The notes beneath the pieces were generated by a model. The model worked only from the letters and a program-made list of their open reading frames with translations. It was not told the origin of the DNA and made no database searches. The position numbers and the translations under genes were made by a program. Positions 62,647 to 64,000 of a stretch of 64,000 nucleotides of DNA are shown here, piece after piece. How positions within the stretch are numbered: the first letter of the stretch is position 1; every line of letters begins with the position of its first letter. The stretch is from an uncultured Actinomyces sp. (GTDB taxonomy: Bacteria; Actinomycetota; Actinomycetes; S36-B12). The stretch is from positions 13,904 to 77,903 of the forward strand of contig CAZICY010000002.1 in NCBI GenBank assembly GCA_964537955.1, in the 5' to 3' direction.

Positions 62647-63549
62647 CTAGTTTGCCGGCGACGTGGTCAGCGTCGCCTTCTCGATGACGACCCGCTGGGC
62701 CGGCGGCCCATCGCTGCCGCCACCTTCGACTCCTGCAGCCGCAATGCCCTTCACCACGTCGAGGCCCTCGGTGACCTTCCCCCAGATCGTGTAGCCCGAA
62801 GGGAGGGTGGTGTCCTCGTAGACGATGAAGAATTGGCTGCCGCCCGTGCCCGGCCCGGCGTTTGCCATGGCCACCGTGCCGGCGGGGTAGTTGGCCTCAC
62901 CCTCAGCGGGGAGGTTCTCGTCGGGAATCGAGTAGCCCGGGCCGCCCGTGCCGTTGCCCGCGGGGTCTCCGCACTGGAGCACGAAGATGCCCTCGGTCGT
63001 GAGGCGGTGGCAGGCGGTGAGGTCGAAGTAGCCCTCCTGGGTGAGGAAGGCCATCGAGGCGACCGTGGCGGGCGCCTCGGCCGGGAGGGTTTCGATGACG
63101 ATGTCGCCGCAGTTGGTGGCGAGCGTCATGGTGTACGCCGTATCGGGCTTGACTGAGTCCTCCGGAGCCTTGGGCCAGGTGAGGTCATCGGCTCGGGTCT
63201 CCGGTGCGGGTGCGCAGTTGGCATCAGGCTGCGAGGTGCTCGTGGGATCCGGTGATGCGGAGGGATCGACGGAAGCATCAGGGCTGGGGGACACCTCGGG
63301 AGATGCGGAGGCGTCGGGCGCAGCGGACTCTGTCGGCAGGGATGTCTCCGCCGGTGCGGCGATGTCGGAGGTCTCAGACGGGCGGTTGAGGAGGGCCCAC
63401 GCGAGCACGCCACCCACGACGACGACCACGGCGACGACGGCGATGACGCGGTTGCGCGTGCTGCGCCGCTGCGCGGCCTCGGCCCGGCGCTGAGACTGGC
63501 GCTCCGCCTTGGCCCTCGCCACCTCACGCCTGCGCTTGCTCGACGTCAC
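62647..63549 (-). CDS. Membrane-anchored cyclophilin-type peptidyl-prolyl isomerase
   Basis: TM helix, Pro/Ser linker, CHRL, LQCGDP.G.G.GGPGY, AMAN.G, GSQFF. Confidence 0.9.
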   Translation of the reverse strand: MTSSKRRREVARAKAERQSQRRAEAAQRRSTRNRVIAVVAVVVVVGGVLAWALLNRPSETSDIAAPAETSLPTESAAPDASASPEVSPSPDASVDPSASPDPTSTSQPDANCAPAPETRADDLTWPKAPEDSVKPDTAYTMTLATNCGDIVIETLPAEAPATVASMAFLTQEGYFDLTACHRLTTEGIFVLQCGDPAGNGTGGPGYSIPDENLPAEGEANYPAGTVAMANAGPGTGGSQFFIVYEDTTLPSGYTIWGKVTEGLDVVKGIAAAGVEGGGSDGPPAQRVVIEKATLTTSPAN

Positions 63550-63672
63550 CGTCGTCCTCCTTCTTGGTCCCTCCAGGCTGACGCGTGAGTCTATGGCCTG
63601 GCTCCCGGGCGGGTAGGCTCATGGGGCGCCCAGTCAGTCCGGAGGTCCCCACATGCCCGCCCGCAGGCCATC

Positions 63673-64000
63673 GTGTTCGTAACGGGGTTCCCCGCGGGCG
63701 CCTGGGGCACCAATTGTTACGCGGTCGCAACCGCCGAGGGCGAGGACTGCCTCATCGTCGACCCCGGTCAGGCCAGCATGGGTCCGCTGAGTGAACTGCT
63801 CGAGCGGCACCGCCTGCGCCCCGTCGCGGTGCTGCTCACCCACGGTCACCTCGACCATGTGTGGTCGGTCGCTCCGCTCACGGCCGGCAAGGGCATCCCG
63901 GCGTACATCCACGGCGACGACCGCTATCGCCTCGCCGACATCATCGGGTCGACGTTCAGCATGTCGCGAGAGCAGTTGCTGTCGATGACCGAGGGCGTAC
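63673..64000 (+). CDS. MBL-fold metallo-hydrolase (3' end outside window)
   Basis: Read from sequence, absent from ORF track: VFVTGFPAGAWGTNCY...VDPG...LLTHGHLDH. Confidence 0.85.
   Translation, partial: MFVTGFPAGAWGTNCYAVATAEGEDCLIVDPGQASMGPLSELLERHRLRPVAVLLTHGHLDHVWSVAPLTAGKGIPAYIHGDDRYRLADIIGSTFSMSREQLLSMTEGV

Overview
High-GC actinobacterial chromosomal segment. The left end (1-8078) is core: xerD (partial), parA, scpA, scpB, rluB, aroH, tyrA, cmk, a plsC-like gene, der and tRNA-Pro. The right end (37311-64000) is also core: tRNA-Val/Cys/Gly, a chorismate-binding enzyme and a class IV aminotransferase, tRNA-Val, thrS, HIT, EF-G-like, pgsA-patA-pimA, pdxST, yebC, WS/DGAT, ruvCAB, yajC-secDF, relA, DUF349, a cyclophilin and an MBL hydrolase (partial). 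The accessory middle holds a form I aerobic CO dehydrogenase locus (xdhC-like, coxMSL with AYRCSFR, coxG, and convergent coxD/coxE), an orphan sugar-catabolic quartet, ppk2, Prim-PolC/LigC, a copper amine oxidase with an aldehyde dehydrogenase, and several secreted proteins. The most striking feature is five tandem, similarly built small single-pass membrane/coiled-coil genes directly after coxG. Four further unassigned genes sit inside the cox operons, one of them an apparently inactive GIY-YIG-like protein. Other oddities are an EF-G-like gene that seems to have lost domains IV-V by internal deletion and a plsC-like gene lacking its catalytic motifs. All calls come from motif recognition and gene context; no database searches were run.
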